Counted from the stretch's first letter, positions 26,608-37,681 are shown. The stretch is 64,000 nt of DNA from a virus (IMGVR_UViG_3300028888_000043:73756-137755), one strand, 5' to 3'. Notes: generated from the sequence alone by a model not told the origin. Numbers and translations: made by a program.

Positions 26608-28248
26608 TTATTCTACTACGGTCTTTCTGACGATAATCTTATACCTTGTGGTAGCATAGACTGCATCATCATATGGATCTTCATGTGTTTTTACAAATGA
26701 ACTGTAGTTCATATTTCCATACTTCTTTGTTGCACCCTTAGGGTTAGGAAGCATTGGATACTCTACATTGAAGTAGTCAACACCTGATAATGAATCCCAA
26801 GCATATACTTTGATTTCATATCCTTCAGGAACATCAACTGTAAAGAACTCTGAGAAGATTGTTGTGTCAGGAGAAGATTCATCATAGAAACCAAGGATTT
26901 CATTGTTGATTAAAACTTCAAAGACATCACCTTCTGCTGTCTCTGCTGCTGCCTTGTCAATCTCAAATGGATTCATAATATAGATTGAAGAAGGAACTGT
27001 TGATGCACCCTCATACTCAACACCATTTACATAGAGATAAACAGGAGTGTCTGTTACTAACTCATCCTTTTTTTTTTCAATCAGGGCGTTCACATAATCC
27101 ATTACATCCTGAACACTTGCAAATCCGTCAACAGGAGCATCTGAATCATCCGCCTCACTGTCAGCAGGGAATGAACCCTGTGTAGGGATTGAATTGAGTT
27201 TGTCAACTTCCTCTGCATTGAGACCTGCCTTGACATCGGTGTCGACATCACCAATATACCAGTTACCATTGTCACCGACATGAGGAGTTATACCATCCTC
27301 ACCCTTCTCACCTTGGACACCCTGGATACCCTGGTCACCCTTGGCACCATCTTCACCTTTCTCACCTTGGTCACCTTTATCACCTTTATCACCCTTGTCA
27401 CCCTTGATTGGAGCCTGGGCAATAGAATCGTTTACAAAGTCAATGACATCCTGTACTGTTGCAAAACCGTCAGTGTATTCATCACTGTCCTCACTTCCGG
27501 CAATATCCGGGAATGAACCCTGTGTAGGAAGTGCATCTACTTTTGCTGCCTCTTCAGGAGTAAGTCCAGCCTTGACATCGGTATCATCATCACCGATATA
27601 CCAGTTACCATTGTCACCAATATGAGGGGTTACACCATCTTCACCCTTTTCACCCTGGTCACCCTTGTCACCTTTCTCACCGGCAGCACCGTCAGCACCC
27701 TTGAGTCCTGCAAGCTGCTCTTCTGTGAAGTCTGCAAATGTGAAGGCATCACCCTGATCACCCTTGTCACCTTTATCGCCCTTGTCACCCTTTACAGGAG
27801 CATTGGCAATAACATCATTGACATATTCTACAACATCCTGAACATTGGCCAAACCAGGAGTGTAATCTGAATCTTCACTGTCACCGACAGCTGGGAATGA
27901 ACCCTCATTCAAATTTGCAAGTTTCTCAATATCTTCCATTGAGAGACCTTCCAACTTTTCAAGGTCAGAAACAGAAAGACCAATCTTTCTCCACTTAATA
28001 TTGTTTCTCCAAGTGGTAGCATTATCTCTTGCACCAGGAAGTGTTCCAAGAACATAGAGATCCTGTGTGTCATATGTTGCTACAATCATACCAACATACA
28101 AAGCACTGTAACCAAAGGTGTCTTTATCAAGGAGATCATCATAAGTATCAACAACACATCTTACATCAAGAGGAGCTGCAACATTTACATTTCTTGCATT
28201 AGTGATACTTTCAGTTCCGACTGTTTTGTTTATATAAGTCTTTGCCAT
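26608..28248 (-). CDS. collagen-like repeat fibre protein
   Basis: Gly-X-Y runs ([10 protein letters not shown]), duplicated [14 protein letters not shown] module, C-terminal domain shared with 28254..29693. Confidence 0.85.
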   Translation of the reverse strand: MAKTYINKTVGTESITNARNVNVAAPLDVRCVVDTYDDLLDKDTFGYSALYVGMIVATYDTQDLYVLGTLPGARDNATTWRNNIKWRKIGLSVSDLEKLEGLSMEDIEKLANLNEGSFPAVGDSEDSDYTPGLANVQDVVEYVNDVIANAPVKGDKGDKGDKGDQGDAFTFADFTEEQLAGLKGADGAAGEKGDKGDQGEKGEDGVTPHIGDNGNWYIGDDDTDVKAGLTPEEAAKVDALPTQGSFPDIAGSEDSDEYTDGFATVQDVIDFVNDSIAQAPIKGDKGDKGDKGDQGEKGEDGAKGDQGIQGVQGEKGEDGITPHVGDNGNWYIGDVDTDVKAGLNAEEVDKLNSIPTQGSFPADSEADDSDAPVDGFASVQDVMDYVNALIEKKKDELVTDTPVYLYVNGVEYEGASTVPSSIYIMNPFEIDKAAAETAEGDVFEVLINNEILGFYDESSPDTTIFSEFFTVDVPEGYEIKVYAWDSLSGVDYFNVEYPMLPNPKGATKKYGNMNYSSFVKTHEDPYDDAVYATTRYKIIVRKTVVE

Positions 28249-28253
28249 ATTTG

Positions 28254-29693
28254 TTAGTTAGTTTTTTTGATTATAATCTTGTATCTTGCTGGATCCGGAA
28301 TAATGTCACCATAGTAATCTCCGAATACCTCTCTTACATATGAGTTGTAAACTTTCTCACCATACCTGATGGTTGCATGCTTTGGATTGACAGTCATTGG
28401 ATATACAGTCTTAAAGTAATCCTCACCTGTGAATGAATCCCAAGCATGTACCTCAATTTCAAATCCCTGTGGTACATCAACCGAGAAGAGTTCAGAATAG
28501 ATTGTTGTCTGAGGATCACCATCATCAAATCCATAGATTTCAGCGGCAACCTTTACTTCAAGGACATAACCATCATCCGTGTAAGCCTCATCGCCAATCT
28601 CAAAGCAGTTCATCTGATAGATAGGTGTGGGTGTTTCTGTACCCGTGAATTTGACACCATTGATGTAGATATAATCCTTGCTCTCTACATCACTACCATC
28701 ATCTACTTTTTTTTTTGAAACGAGATCGTTTACATAAGAAACAATGTCATCAATAGTAGCATATCCCTGAACCCTTGTTCCTGCGATTTCATCACCAAAA
28801 TCATCAAGCTGTGGAAGTGTACCTTCTGATGGAAGAGCATCAATCTTTGCCTTGTCCTCAACACTCAAACCTTCGCCAGCATCACCCTTGTCACCCTTGT
28901 CACCTTTATCTCCCTTGAGAGCGGCAAGTTGTTCAGGAGTGAAATCTGCATATGTGAAAGGATCACCCTTCGCACCGTCGGCACCCTTGAGAGCAGCCAA
29001 CTGTTCTGGTGTGAAATCATCATAGGTGAAAGCATCTCCCTTGTCTCCCTTTGCACCATCTTCACCCTTGGCTCCGTCAGCACCCTTGAGAGCAGCAAGC
29101 TGTTCAGGAGTGAAATCATCATAAGTGAAAGGATCACCCTTATCTCCCTTGTCACCCTTGGCACCATCCTCACCATTTGCACCATCGGCACCCTTGAGTT
29201 CTGCCTTCTGGGCATCAGTGAGATTATCAAAAGCATGGGCAACTGCATCATCAACATAAGACTGGTCTGCCTTACCAACAACCTGGGCAGCAGCATCCTG
29301 TGCGGCCTGTGAAGCGGCCTGTGCATCAGCAACAGCACCATTCACACTGTCCTGAAGACCATTAACTGTTGAAACAGCATTGTTGACCTTTCTTTCAAGT
29401 TGATTAACCTTCTGCTGAACTGCATCCGGATCCAACTTCTTCATATCTGCCTTAATCTTGGCAATCTCAGCATTGACACTTGCACTATCACCAGAAACAT
29501 TCATCTTGGTTCTCTTACCGTTCCAATCAAAATAGAACTCATTGGTATCAGTTGTATGCCACAACATACCATCTGAAACAGGACTCTTTTTCAATACAGA
29601 TGCCTTGCATGAAGCAAGTTCAACATTACTGAAATGCACTGATGATTTTGTCAATGCTCTGTTTTCATAATTGTAATTGTAATTTTTCTCCAT
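28254..29693 (-). CDS. coiled-coil plus collagen-like repeat fibre protein
   Basis: Repeated [19 protein letters not shown] units with Gly-X-Y; CATAAATA at 29721-29728. Confidence 0.85.
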   Translation of the reverse strand: MEKNYNYNYENRALTKSSVHFSNVELASCKASVLKKSPVSDGMLWHTTDTNEFYFDWNGKRTKMNVSGDSASVNAEIAKIKADMKKLDPDAVQQKVNQLERKVNNAVSTVNGLQDSVNGAVADAQAASQAAQDAAAQVVGKADQSYVDDAVAHAFDNLTDAQKAELKGADGANGEDGAKGDKGDKGDPFTYDDFTPEQLAALKGADGAKGEDGAKGDKGDAFTYDDFTPEQLAALKGADGAKGDPFTYADFTPEQLAALKGDKGDKGDKGDAGEGLSVEDKAKIDALPSEGTLPQLDDFGDEIAGTRVQGYATIDDIVSYVNDLVSKKKVDDGSDVESKDYIYINGVKFTGTETPTPIYQMNCFEIGDEAYTDDGYVLEVKVAAEIYGFDDGDPQTTIYSELFSVDVPQGFEIEVHAWDSFTGEDYFKTVYPMTVNPKHATIRYGEKVYNSYVREVFGDYYGDIIPDPARYKIIIKKTN

Positions 29694-29730
29694 ATCTTTT
29701 TTGTGGTTGTTTTCTTATAGTATTTATGAA

Positions 29731-29762
29731 AATGGGAAAGGATGGTTTCCTCCTTTCTCATT
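29731..29762 (-). terminator. rho-independent terminator
   Basis: aatgggaaagga/tcctttctcatt stem. Confidence 0.65.
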
Positions 29763-32700
29763 TACTTCAAGACATTATTTTTAGGTACAAGACCTCTCTT
29801 GGTTTGAACTGAACTTGATATGGTTCTGTTATCCCTTGTCAACCTGTCAAGTTTATTGACAATCTCACTACCCACATTGATAAGAGTCTGTGTTGATGAG
29901 GTCTTAATCCTATTGACATTTGTCTCAATGGTACTGCCATAGGTTGAATAGACAATAATGTCATATTGCTTTGGTCTGAGAGCATTCCTGTCAGTCCAGA
30001 TGTCAATACCAATGATGTTGGCGAACTTTGAGTTCTTTACATCAGAATTGTTCTCACTTGTGTACTTACCAAAAATCTTTCCAGCATAGTCTGTCATCCT
30101 GAACTGATAGATGACAGGAACTTTCAGTGTCTCACCTCCATTCAGATTCTTGCTTGATTCAACAGTATCTCCATCAACCTGGATTTCTGCATGGTTCACA
30201 GGACTCAAGAACAGATATGATGTACAATCCCTACCAAGTCCTTCTGGGTCAGTAGCATACCTGTCCCTGTCATCATAACCAATCTTGTGTGTTGTTATGA
30301 ATGATGTACCATTTACATCATTGTCAAATACCGAAAGTTCACTGGTCCTGATTTTTCCCAAGTCTGTATAACCATATGCACACTGAATCTTTGGAGTGAT
30401 GGTATAGGTAGATGAGTTCTCACTTGTGAGACCCTTCAACCTGTTACCCAGTCTTGCCGCAGATACAGGTGTTGCTGCATTAAGATTGGAAACCCTTATG
30501 ATTGTCCTCCTTGTATTTGTCGCCCTTATGGTTTCTGTTTTGTTCCAGGTCTTTGACAACCTGTTAAGAATAAATTTCATATTATAATCTGCATACTCAA
30601 CAGATGAGCCCGTGAGTTTATTGTACTCTGACAAATCATCAAGAGGTGTATCCTCCGGATTATAATTTATATCATATACAAATTCACTGTCACAGAATGG
30701 TGAACCCTCATTGAACCTTGGCTTCCTTGATGCATCAGTTCCAGATGCATACATATCAAATGTGTCACCAATATTCCTGAACCTTGAATAGATAAACTGA
30801 CCCCTACACTGTGCAGACTGATACATACTTGGAGATCCAATCTGGAAATCAAGGATTTCAGGATTAGTCAGGTTAATAGGTACCAGGTCATATCTACCCT
30901 GTTCATTATAATATGCATTACTTGGCAGACTGTAATTATTAAGGACATTATCATAATTAGGATAGTCATTACCATTGACTGTATATTTCTCTTCTGTACC
31001 TATACTACTCGGACACATGGAAAGTCTGTCACCGGTAATCTTACTCAAAAGATAAAGACCTGTCTGTGCATCTGTTGATATTTCAAGATAGAAAGTCTTT
31101 GTAACTATGGCACCATTCTTCTTATCTTCATCAAGGTCAGCGATGGATGAAAGATAATCACCGGCATTGATATAGGTTGTACCACCTTCATTAAGTGTGT
31201 AAATCTTCTGCTCATCAGAATTGTCAATGAGATGTACAGTAAGATTTCCTATCATACCATTAATCTGCTCGACAATCATAGTAATCTGGTTCTGCAAGTC
31301 CTGGAGTTTATCATACAAGGTGATAGGTGTCTGTTCAGGAGAAAGGAAACCTGATGTAATACTTTCAGCAGTGTGAGCAAAATACTTATCATTTGTATAG
31401 AAACTTGAAGTCATATGTGCCGCGGTACCTGCGAACATCTTGGTCACATTGGCAACAGCGGCATCAACCCTGTTCTGTTCAATGAGTTCAGTGATGTCAT
31501 CTGCCTGCAATTCCGCAAAATCAGAGAAGGCTACAACAATCGGTTCAGACCAGGCAGACTCCATAGGATTGGATGGCCAACCTGCTTCACTGATGGACTT
31601 CACCTGAATCTCTACCTGCTCACCAGGATTGATAGGAATATCCAACTGGTTGATGTTCACCTGGTCAGGATCGGCGGTATCAATCTTCTCCCACTCCCAA
31701 CCAGTGTCAGTCTTCACCCTTCCTCTCAACTTCGTGTCAATCTCATTCCAATTGGAGAACCTACCTGTTGCGGAAGTATTACCTGAAGTATATGTGAACT
31801 CTTCCTCCCTGTTGGCATTTCCATACTCACTCAAATATCTGTACCTGATTTTGAACCTGATGATTTTCTGCTCACCAGATGAAGGACTGATTTTTGGATC
31901 AGGAATATCCCAGAAACCACGAACACGATATTTAGGTGTGACAACATTACCTGACTCATACTTGGCCTTGATGTTGTTGACAATACTGTTGTAATTGGAA
32001 GTCAAGATTGACTGGTTGTCAATGAGGGTGTTGAGTGTGGTCTGCGCCTTCAACTTGTCACCGGATGACACATACTGTGTTGTCTGTATGATTTCCTTCT
32101 GCTTTGCAATCTCATTTGCAATATTGTCCAGTTCACTTTGTGTCTTAATCTTGTCAGCAACAAGGCTCCTGAATGAAGCAGCATCCGTACTTTCTGTGAG
32201 TTGCGTGTTTATCTGGACAATCTTGAAGTCACCCTCACCACCAGAATAGTTCAACACAGGTGCATTAGGGATGATACCTTCCCTGATAGAAGGGTAATAG
32301 TCAGTTGCATAGGAAAGAAGAACCTGACCGAAGTCAACCACATTCCTCTGATAGAATTTCTGGAGTGTCTGGGTGACACCATTCTCATCTACATAGGTGA
32401 GTTCATTTGTGTAGAAAGCAACACCAGGAGACCACTTGGTTGAAGGGATGTTGGAGTCGGGGTCAATGGCCTTCACAAAGACAACCTCCCTCTCATCAAA
32501 CCCGACAGGGATGTCAGCAGAAACCAATGTGTCCTGTGATGCACTTATTTTCAAGGTGTCTGCACCAATCCTAACACCCTCACATCCTTCCACACATTGG
32601 AGACCAATCTTGTTTTCAGATGTCTCCACATAAATGACCTTATATCTGGTAGTAGTCGGATTTGAATTAACCTCCACAAAATCACCAACTGAAAGAATCC

Positions 32701-33457
32701 TGGTGTTCTCAAATCCACTTCTTGAATCAGTGAATTCAAGACTGTCAAGGACATACCTCTTTACATTATTTCCGGAAAGGTCTTTCTCACTTTCAATCCT
32801 GATGACAGAGAATGTACCATAATATCTCCTTGACCTTGGAGGAAGATCCTTTATCTCATCATCCAGAGTGTACTTGATTCTGTTATTAAGAAGGATATTA
32901 AGAAACTCCTTGTAGTCAATATCATTTCTTCCCTTCAACTGATTGTTGAAAACATTTATCTTACTCTGCGTATCACACCTCAATATATATCTCTGAATCA
33001 TAACCCTTTCAGTCTCGGGACTTATCTGACTTGACATATCCCAAGAGACATAGAGTGAAGGGTTTAACATATCCTCAAAGAACCAGTTGGACTTGAAATT
33101 GAAGTTGGTGATATTATCAACTGTTGTTATTGTCGGAGCCTCACTCGGAACCTTGCTGGCAATAATCTTCCTGTATGAACCATCTGACAATCTGATTCTA
33201 CTGCCGGCACCATCGGTGATATTGGTCATAGTGTTGAGACTGGCAGACAACCTGTCAATCTCAGACTTCAAATAACCAAATGAAGGTATGGTATATTCAA
33301 CCTTCTGCTTGGGATCATTGGGGTCTGTTAAAATGAGTTTGATACTATCTTCTGATGATGATACAGCATCACTGATTTTATTGACAGTTTCCAAACTGTT
33401 TCCAGTCATCACCATCGCCTGTTCCAAATAGGTACTAAGGGAATTTTTAATTTTCAT
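29762..33457 (-). CDS. large putative virion structural protein (1231 aa)
   Basis: Coiled coil plus FN3-like segment (EQVEIQVKSISEAG..SAWSEP); CATAAATA at 33491-33498. Confidence 0.7.
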   Translation of the reverse strand: MKIKNSLSTYLEQAMVMTGNSLETVNKISDAVSSSEDSIKLILTDPNDPKQKVEYTIPSFGYLKSEIDRLSASLNTMTNITDGAGSRIRLSDGSYRKIIASKVPSEAPTITTVDNITNFNFKSNWFFEDMLNPSLYVSWDMSSQISPETERVMIQRYILRCDTQSKINVFNNQLKGRNDIDYKEFLNILLNNRIKYTLDDEIKDLPPRSRRYYGTFSVIRIESEKDLSGNNVKRYVLDSLEFTDSRSGFENTRILSVGDFVEVNSNPTTTRYKVIYVETSENKIGLQCVEGCEGVRIGADTLKISASQDTLVSADIPVGFDEREVVFVKAIDPDSNIPSTKWSPGVAFYTNELTYVDENGVTQTLQKFYQRNVVDFGQVLLSYATDYYPSIREGIIPNAPVLNYSGGEGDFKIVQINTQLTESTDAASFRSLVADKIKTQSELDNIANEIAKQKEIIQTTQYVSSGDKLKAQTTLNTLIDNQSILTSNYNSIVNNIKAKYESGNVVTPKYRVRGFWDIPDPKISPSSGEQKIIRFKIRYRYLSEYGNANREEEFTYTSGNTSATGRFSNWNEIDTKLRGRVKTDTGWEWEKIDTADPDQVNINQLDIPINPGEQVEIQVKSISEAGWPSNPMESAWSEPIVVAFSDFAELQADDITELIEQNRVDAAVANVTKMFAGTAAHMTSSFYTNDKYFAHTAESITSGFLSPEQTPITLYDKLQDLQNQITMIVEQINGMIGNLTVHLIDNSDEQKIYTLNEGGTTYINAGDYLSSIADLDEDKKNGAIVTKTFYLEISTDAQTGLYLLSKITGDRLSMCPSSIGTEEKYTVNGNDYPNYDNVLNNYSLPSNAYYNEQGRYDLVPINLTNPEILDFQIGSPSMYQSAQCRGQFIYSRFRNIGDTFDMYASGTDASRKPRFNEGSPFCDSEFVYDINYNPEDTPLDDLSEYNKLTGSSVEYADYNMKFILNRLSKTWNKTETIRATNTRRTIIRVSNLNAATPVSAARLGNRLKGLTSENSSTYTITPKIQCAYGYTDLGKIRTSELSVFDNDVNGTSFITTHKIGYDDRDRYATDPEGLGRDCTSYLFLSPVNHAEIQVDGDTVESSKNLNGGETLKVPVIYQFRMTDYAGKIFGKYTSENNSDVKNSKFANIIGIDIWTDRNALRPKQYDIIVYSTYGSTIETNVNRIKTSSTQTLINVGSEIVNKLDRLTRDNRTISSSVQTKRGLVPKNNVLK

Positions 33458-33535
33458 AAATGTCTATCTTTATTTAAACACTATATAATGTATTTATGAT
33501 GAACCACTCCATAAATAAATTAAATACAACATAAT

Positions 33536-34432
33536 GTGGAAACAATGAGTGTATATAAGAAAGGCAGTACAGGAGAACAGGTAAAGCAAATCCAGAAAGC
33601 TCTTGGTATCAAGGCTGACGGTATTTTCGGCAGAGGTACAGAAGAAGCAGTCAAGAAATTCCAGAAAGCAAATGGACTTTTTGCAGACGGTGTGGTCGGT
33701 AAGAAGACACTTGAGAAGCTGATGTTGAATATGGACACCGACTTGTCACCCATTGTGAAACCCGGAGCACTCCTTGAAATAAAGAACTACTACCTTCCAA
33801 AGAATGAATATGTGAATGGAAGATATGCCAATGACTATATCATCCTCCACCACACAGCAGGATGGGATGACCCCAAACAGGTCATTGACTGCTGGGGTAG
33901 AGATTCTCTTGGAAGGGTTGCCACAGAGTTTGTCATCGGAGGTCAGAGATGTACTGATGGAAGGGACATTTATGATGGTCTTGTGTACAGGTCATACCCC
34001 GAAGGAAACCAGGCATACCATATTGGTGCATCCGGTTCAAGTTATATGAACATCCATTCAGTAGGTATTGAACTCTGCAATATGGGTTGGGTCAGTAATG
34101 GAAAGACCTATACTAATGCACTTGTAAGGTCAGACCAGGTGGTAAGAATCAAAGAACCATTCAGAGGTTATCTTGTCTGGCACAAATATTCAGACAAACA
34201 GTTACAGTCTTTGAGAGAACTCCTTCTCTACATTTCAAAGAGAGACAACATTGATCTCCACAAAGGTATCTATCAGTGGATCAAGTTGGAAGGTGTAGCA
34301 AAGGCATTTGACTTCCATCAGGATGCATACAATGGTAAGACCAAAGGTCTCATCACACATGCCAATATCAGAAAAGACAAGTTCGATGTCTCACCACAAC
34401 CAGAATTAGTTGATATGATCCTTACACTTTAA
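33536..34432 (+). CDS. endolysin: peptidoglycan-binding domain plus N-acetylmuramoyl-L-alanine amidase (Amidase_2)
   Basis: KGSTGEQVKQIQKALGIKADGIFG..TEEAVKKFQ; IILHHTAG, SVGIELCN, THANIRKDKFD. Confidence 0.9.
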   Translation: METMSVYKKGSTGEQVKQIQKALGIKADGIFGRGTEEAVKKFQKANGLFADGVVGKKTLEKLMLNMDTDLSPIVKPGALLEIKNYYLPKNEYVNGRYANDYIILHHTAGWDDPKQVIDCWGRDSLGRVATEFVIGGQRCTDGRDIYDGLVYRSYPEGNQAYHIGASGSSYMNIHSVGIELCNMGWVSNGKTYTNALVRSDQVVRIKEPFRGYLVWHKYSDKQLQSLRELLLYISKRDNIDLHKGIYQWIKLEGVAKAFDFHQDAYNGKTKGLITHANIRKDKFDVSPQPELVDMILTL

Positions 34433-34510
34433 CATTCCTCACAGAAATTATTCGATCAACTGTCGAATCAAAAATCGTCCAAGTGTCGAATTTTGTTATA
34501 TTTATTGTGT

Positions 34511-34660
34511 ATGGGTGAAACTATTAACAAGGAGTTTGAGAAATATCAGCAAGACCTTGAAACAAGAAACAAGAAATTGAAAGTTCCCGTCAGTTTTGAA
34601 CCTGATGGGAAACTTGATGATATATTGGATGAGTTAAAAGACAAAAAGATTACTCTATGA
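34511..34660 (+). CDS. small hypothetical protein (49 aa, not in track)
   Basis: After 13-mer 34492-34504; ATGA overlap with next gene. Confidence 0.55.
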   Translation: MGETINKEFEKYQQDLETRNKKLKVPVSFEPDGKLDDILDELKDKKITL

Positions 34661-35112
34661 AACCGCTTGATGACAAGAAAATAATTGAACAAAATGCCAA
34701 GCTTGAAGAGGAACTTGCCAAGGAAAGGGCGGAATGGAAAGACAAGGTGATTGAACTCATCAATATGATGAAGGATAACAGGAAGTTGTCAGAAGCACAG
34801 GTTTTCCAACTGTCATACAGACAACAAGCACAGGAGAAATTGGCAACATACAGAATCCTTCTTGAAAAGAGACAAGGGATGCTTGAAACACAGATGACTG
34901 CAAGGTTTAGGGATTACTGTTTGAGTTATGACATCAAACTGTCCGGAGCAGAGAAAAACTCATTTGTCAGTGCAGACTGCAATGCCCTGAAACAACAGGT
35001 CAATATGGTGAAAACACAGATAACCTATTTCGAGGAATGTGTGAAGACACTTGATAACTTCGGATTTGCAGTCAGGAACAAATTGGAAATCATATCACAA
35101 CAATTAGTATAA
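34657..35112 (+). CDS. uvsY: UvsY-like recombination mediator
   Basis: Helical 151 aa; YDIKL..AEKNSFVSAD...ITYFEECVKTLDNFGFAVRNKLE resembles T4-like UvsY C-terminus; uvsW nearby. Confidence 0.6.
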   Translation: MKPLDDKKIIEQNAKLEEELAKERAEWKDKVIELINMMKDNRKLSEAQVFQLSYRQQAQEKLATYRILLEKRQGMLETQMTARFRDYCLSYDIKLSGAEKNSFVSADCNALKQQVNMVKTQITYFEECVKTLDNFGFAVRNKLEIISQQLV

Positions 35113-35116
35113 AGAA

Positions 35117-35275
35117 ATGGAACCAGGTTCTTATTCTATATTTTGGGCGATTGTCTGCGGAATCGTTGCATCATCCCAAAACAGAAGTGTAGGTTGGGGA
35201 ATCTTTTGGGGATTATTTTTTGGTTTCCTTGCATTTATAATTTACTTGATTATAGGAGAAAAGAGAGAGTGTTAA
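35117..35275 (+). CDS. small two-helix membrane protein (52 aa, not in track)
   Basis: IFWAIVCGIVAS / VGWGIFWGLFFGFLAFIIYLII. Confidence 0.6.
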   Translation: MEPGSYSIFWAIVCGIVASSQNRSVGWGIFWGLFFGFLAFIIYLIIGEKREC

Positions 35276-36027
35276 ACTCTCTCTTTTCTTGATTCCTGGG
35301 ATCCCTTCAATATATTTGCATCAAGCATATCTGCTGATATAAGGATGTCCCTTCCCATCTTCGGGGCATCATTGGTCATTGCGCTAACCAATGATTCAAA
35401 TTCCTTTTTCCTTGCCTCATCCTGTTTCAATACATTCTCATTCCTTCTTGCTGCATATGCCAACATCTCCACATTATTTGAAACACCTGAGAACTGTGAT
35501 GTGTGAGTCTCCCTGTTATTTGTAACAGTGGCATCTGCATAGACTGCACCAGTTGCTTCCTGTACTGATGGTGTCCTTCCAAGAACAGATTTATGTCTCC
35601 AGAACTGTACCCTTTCTATACCACCAGTATAACAATATGGTCCAGTACCTGCCTGTTGTGCAGGAGGTCTCTGGAAATAGTCAGATACCCAGTCATTGAT
35701 TCCAGGACCCATAGCATAACAGATATGTCCATATATACCATGCTTCAAAAGACAGACATCACCTATCTGCTGTTTATACCCGGGAGGGAACTGCATCGAC
35801 ATTCCATCATGTGCCCTTGGATTTTTGTCAAGAGGTACAAAATCACCAATGCAGACAAAATTATTTTTCTCACACCATTTTTGGTTATTCCAGCCATCAC
35901 CATCAATATACTTACACCCACCACGTTCAAAGGCTTTCTTTACAAAAGTAGCACACTTTGAATGTGATCTGTCATAACACATTGTCTGTGAATAGGCAAT
36001 GACCTTGTTGAAATCTATTGTACTCAT
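35272..36027 (-). CDS. CHAP/NlpC-P60-like cysteine peptidoglycan amidase
   Basis: KCATFVKKAF, IGDVC, YGHIC, WVSDYFQ give a Cys-His papain-like dyad. Confidence 0.7.
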   Translation of the reverse strand: MSTIDFNKVIAYSQTMCYDRSHSKCATFVKKAFERGGCKYIDGDGWNNQKWCEKNNFVCIGDFVPLDKNPRAHDGMSMQFPPGYKQQIGDVCLLKHGIYGHICYAMGPGINDWVSDYFQRPPAQQAGTGPYCYTGGIERVQFWRHKSVLGRTPSVQEATGAVYADATVTNNRETHTSQFSGVSNNVEMLAYAARRNENVLKQDEARKKEFESLVSAMTNDAPKMGRDILISADMLDANILKGSQESRKERV

Positions 36028-36893
36028 TATTTCTGTCTCATATGATAACCCAGGATTATACCTTTGACATTTTTCTTCTTACTGTTGTCATTCATCCCAG
36101 ATATTTCCCTTGGTGTAATTCTTTCTGATGACGAAGATGAACTGGATGTATTGTTACTTACTGTTGTATAATCTCCCTCAACAGCAGGAACAGATGCGGG
36201 TTTTATTGGAGCACCAATATAATCAGATGCAATCTTCAATGATTGAAGGTAATGATTTCCACTTGAACTTGGATAATATCTCTTTGATGTCTCATATGCC
36301 CTGATGACAGGATCAGATATATTGGAACAATATCCAGAACCTGCCTTCTGTTGATATATCTTTGCAACGATAATCGCAAGATTGGTTTCACCTTTCAATT
36401 TGTTTATGAGTGAATTATAATACAATGTAAGGAACAGCATCTGATTGTCCAAGGATAATCCGGCAATATGTCTTCCATCAGACACTGCATGTAGTCTTCC
36501 TCCTTTGTTCACAGGTGTACCCTGACTGTACTGTTCCCAAGTTGTTGGAAGTTTCTGTGTCGACCTGCTGTCTTTGTTGTATGATTGTATCAAAGGGAGT
36601 TTGTATTTCCAGAATGTCCACTGGATAAGTCCTTCTCCACAGTTCCATCCTTCTGTTCCAGATCTTCCCTTTCCATTATATTCTGCCGAGTTCAATATGG
36701 TGTGGTCGGATCCTGATTCAGGAATGATACATCCTATCAAACCAGCGACAATCTCTTGTGGAACAAACTTTCCAAGTGATGAAGCAACACTCTTATGTCC
36801 TGGGAATTGACTCAATGACTTCTTGATATTACCCATTTCCTGGGTGTATTGAGCGCTTACACTTTCAGGAAATTCCACTCTTATGCCTGCCAT
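36027..36893 (-). CDS. phage tail-type lysozyme (Phage_lysozyme2-like)
   Basis: AGLIGCIIPESG and GEGLIQWT motifs; CATAAATA at 36917-36924. Confidence 0.75.
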   Translation of the reverse strand: MAGIRVEFPESVSAQYTQEMGNIKKSLSQFPGHKSVASSLGKFVPQEIVAGLIGCIIPESGSDHTILNSAEYNGKGRSGTEGWNCGEGLIQWTFWKYKLPLIQSYNKDSRSTQKLPTTWEQYSQGTPVNKGGRLHAVSDGRHIAGLSLDNQMLFLTLYYNSLINKLKGETNLAIIVAKIYQQKAGSGYCSNISDPVIRAYETSKRYYPSSSGNHYLQSLKIASDYIGAPIKPASVPAVEGDYTTVSNNTSSSSSSSERITPREISGMNDNSKKKNVKGIILGYHMRQK

Positions 36894-36940
36894 AACTCAT
36901 AAATACAGTATATATTTATTTATGTGAAACAAGTACATTT

Positions 36941-37669
36941 ATGGGAGATAAGCATGATGTAGTAATACCTCTTGGTATAAAAAGTTACAACAATGACAAT
37001 TTTGAAATCAAGGTTGCCGTTGCAAGTATCAAGAAGTATTTCAAGTGTCTAAACAGGATTATTATTGTCACCCAGATAGAACCTATAAAGGAACTTGGAG
37101 ATGACATAGTATGGGTTTACCAGGATGACATATACACCCATGACAAGGATGCAAACATTATTGAAAAGGTAAGAGCAGCCATAGAAAAAGTACCTGACCT
37201 GACAGAGGACTTCATTATGTGGAGTGATGACCAGTTCATAACAAAAGACACTGAATGGTCTGATACCAAACCAAGATATATGAAGATATATAATGAATCG
37301 ACACTTCCCTGGTTTATGAATATGGCAAAGTCAAGAATATGGTATAACAGACTTATGAAGTGTTTCAAGAGGTTTCCAAGGGAAGGTATTGGTTGCAGGT
37401 TCTTCAATCCGCACATCCCAAGTCCTATGAACAAGAAAAAGTTCATCAAGATGTGCAACAGGTTTCCTTACAAAACAGAATGTGGTATCACAATCTATTC
37501 ACTGTATTACAACTTCATAGGTGAGAAAGGAGTCCCAAACTTTGATGAGTTCCATTGTACATCAGGTGAGACATTCTGGAACAATTGCAGATGGGTAGGT
37601 TTCTATAACTCAAGTATGAGGAAACTGGAATTCGTGGCAAAGTTGAAAAAGATGTTCGACATTAAATAA
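36941..37669 (+). CDS. glycosyltransferase/Stealth-like protein
   Basis: DVVIPLG, FEIKVAVASIKKY..NRIIIV, DFIMWSDDQF; CATAAATA at 36898-36905. Confidence 0.55.
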   Translation: MGDKHDVVIPLGIKSYNNDNFEIKVAVASIKKYFKCLNRIIIVTQIEPIKELGDDIVWVYQDDIYTHDKDANIIEKVRAAIEKVPDLTEDFIMWSDDQFITKDTEWSDTKPRYMKIYNESTLPWFMNMAKSRIWYNRLMKCFKRFPREGIGCRFFNPHIPSPMNKKKFIKMCNRFPYKTECGITIYSLYYNFIGEKGVPNFDEFHCTSGETFWNNCRWVGFYNSSMRKLEFVAKLKKMFDIK

Positions 37670-37681
37670 GAAGAGTGAGGT

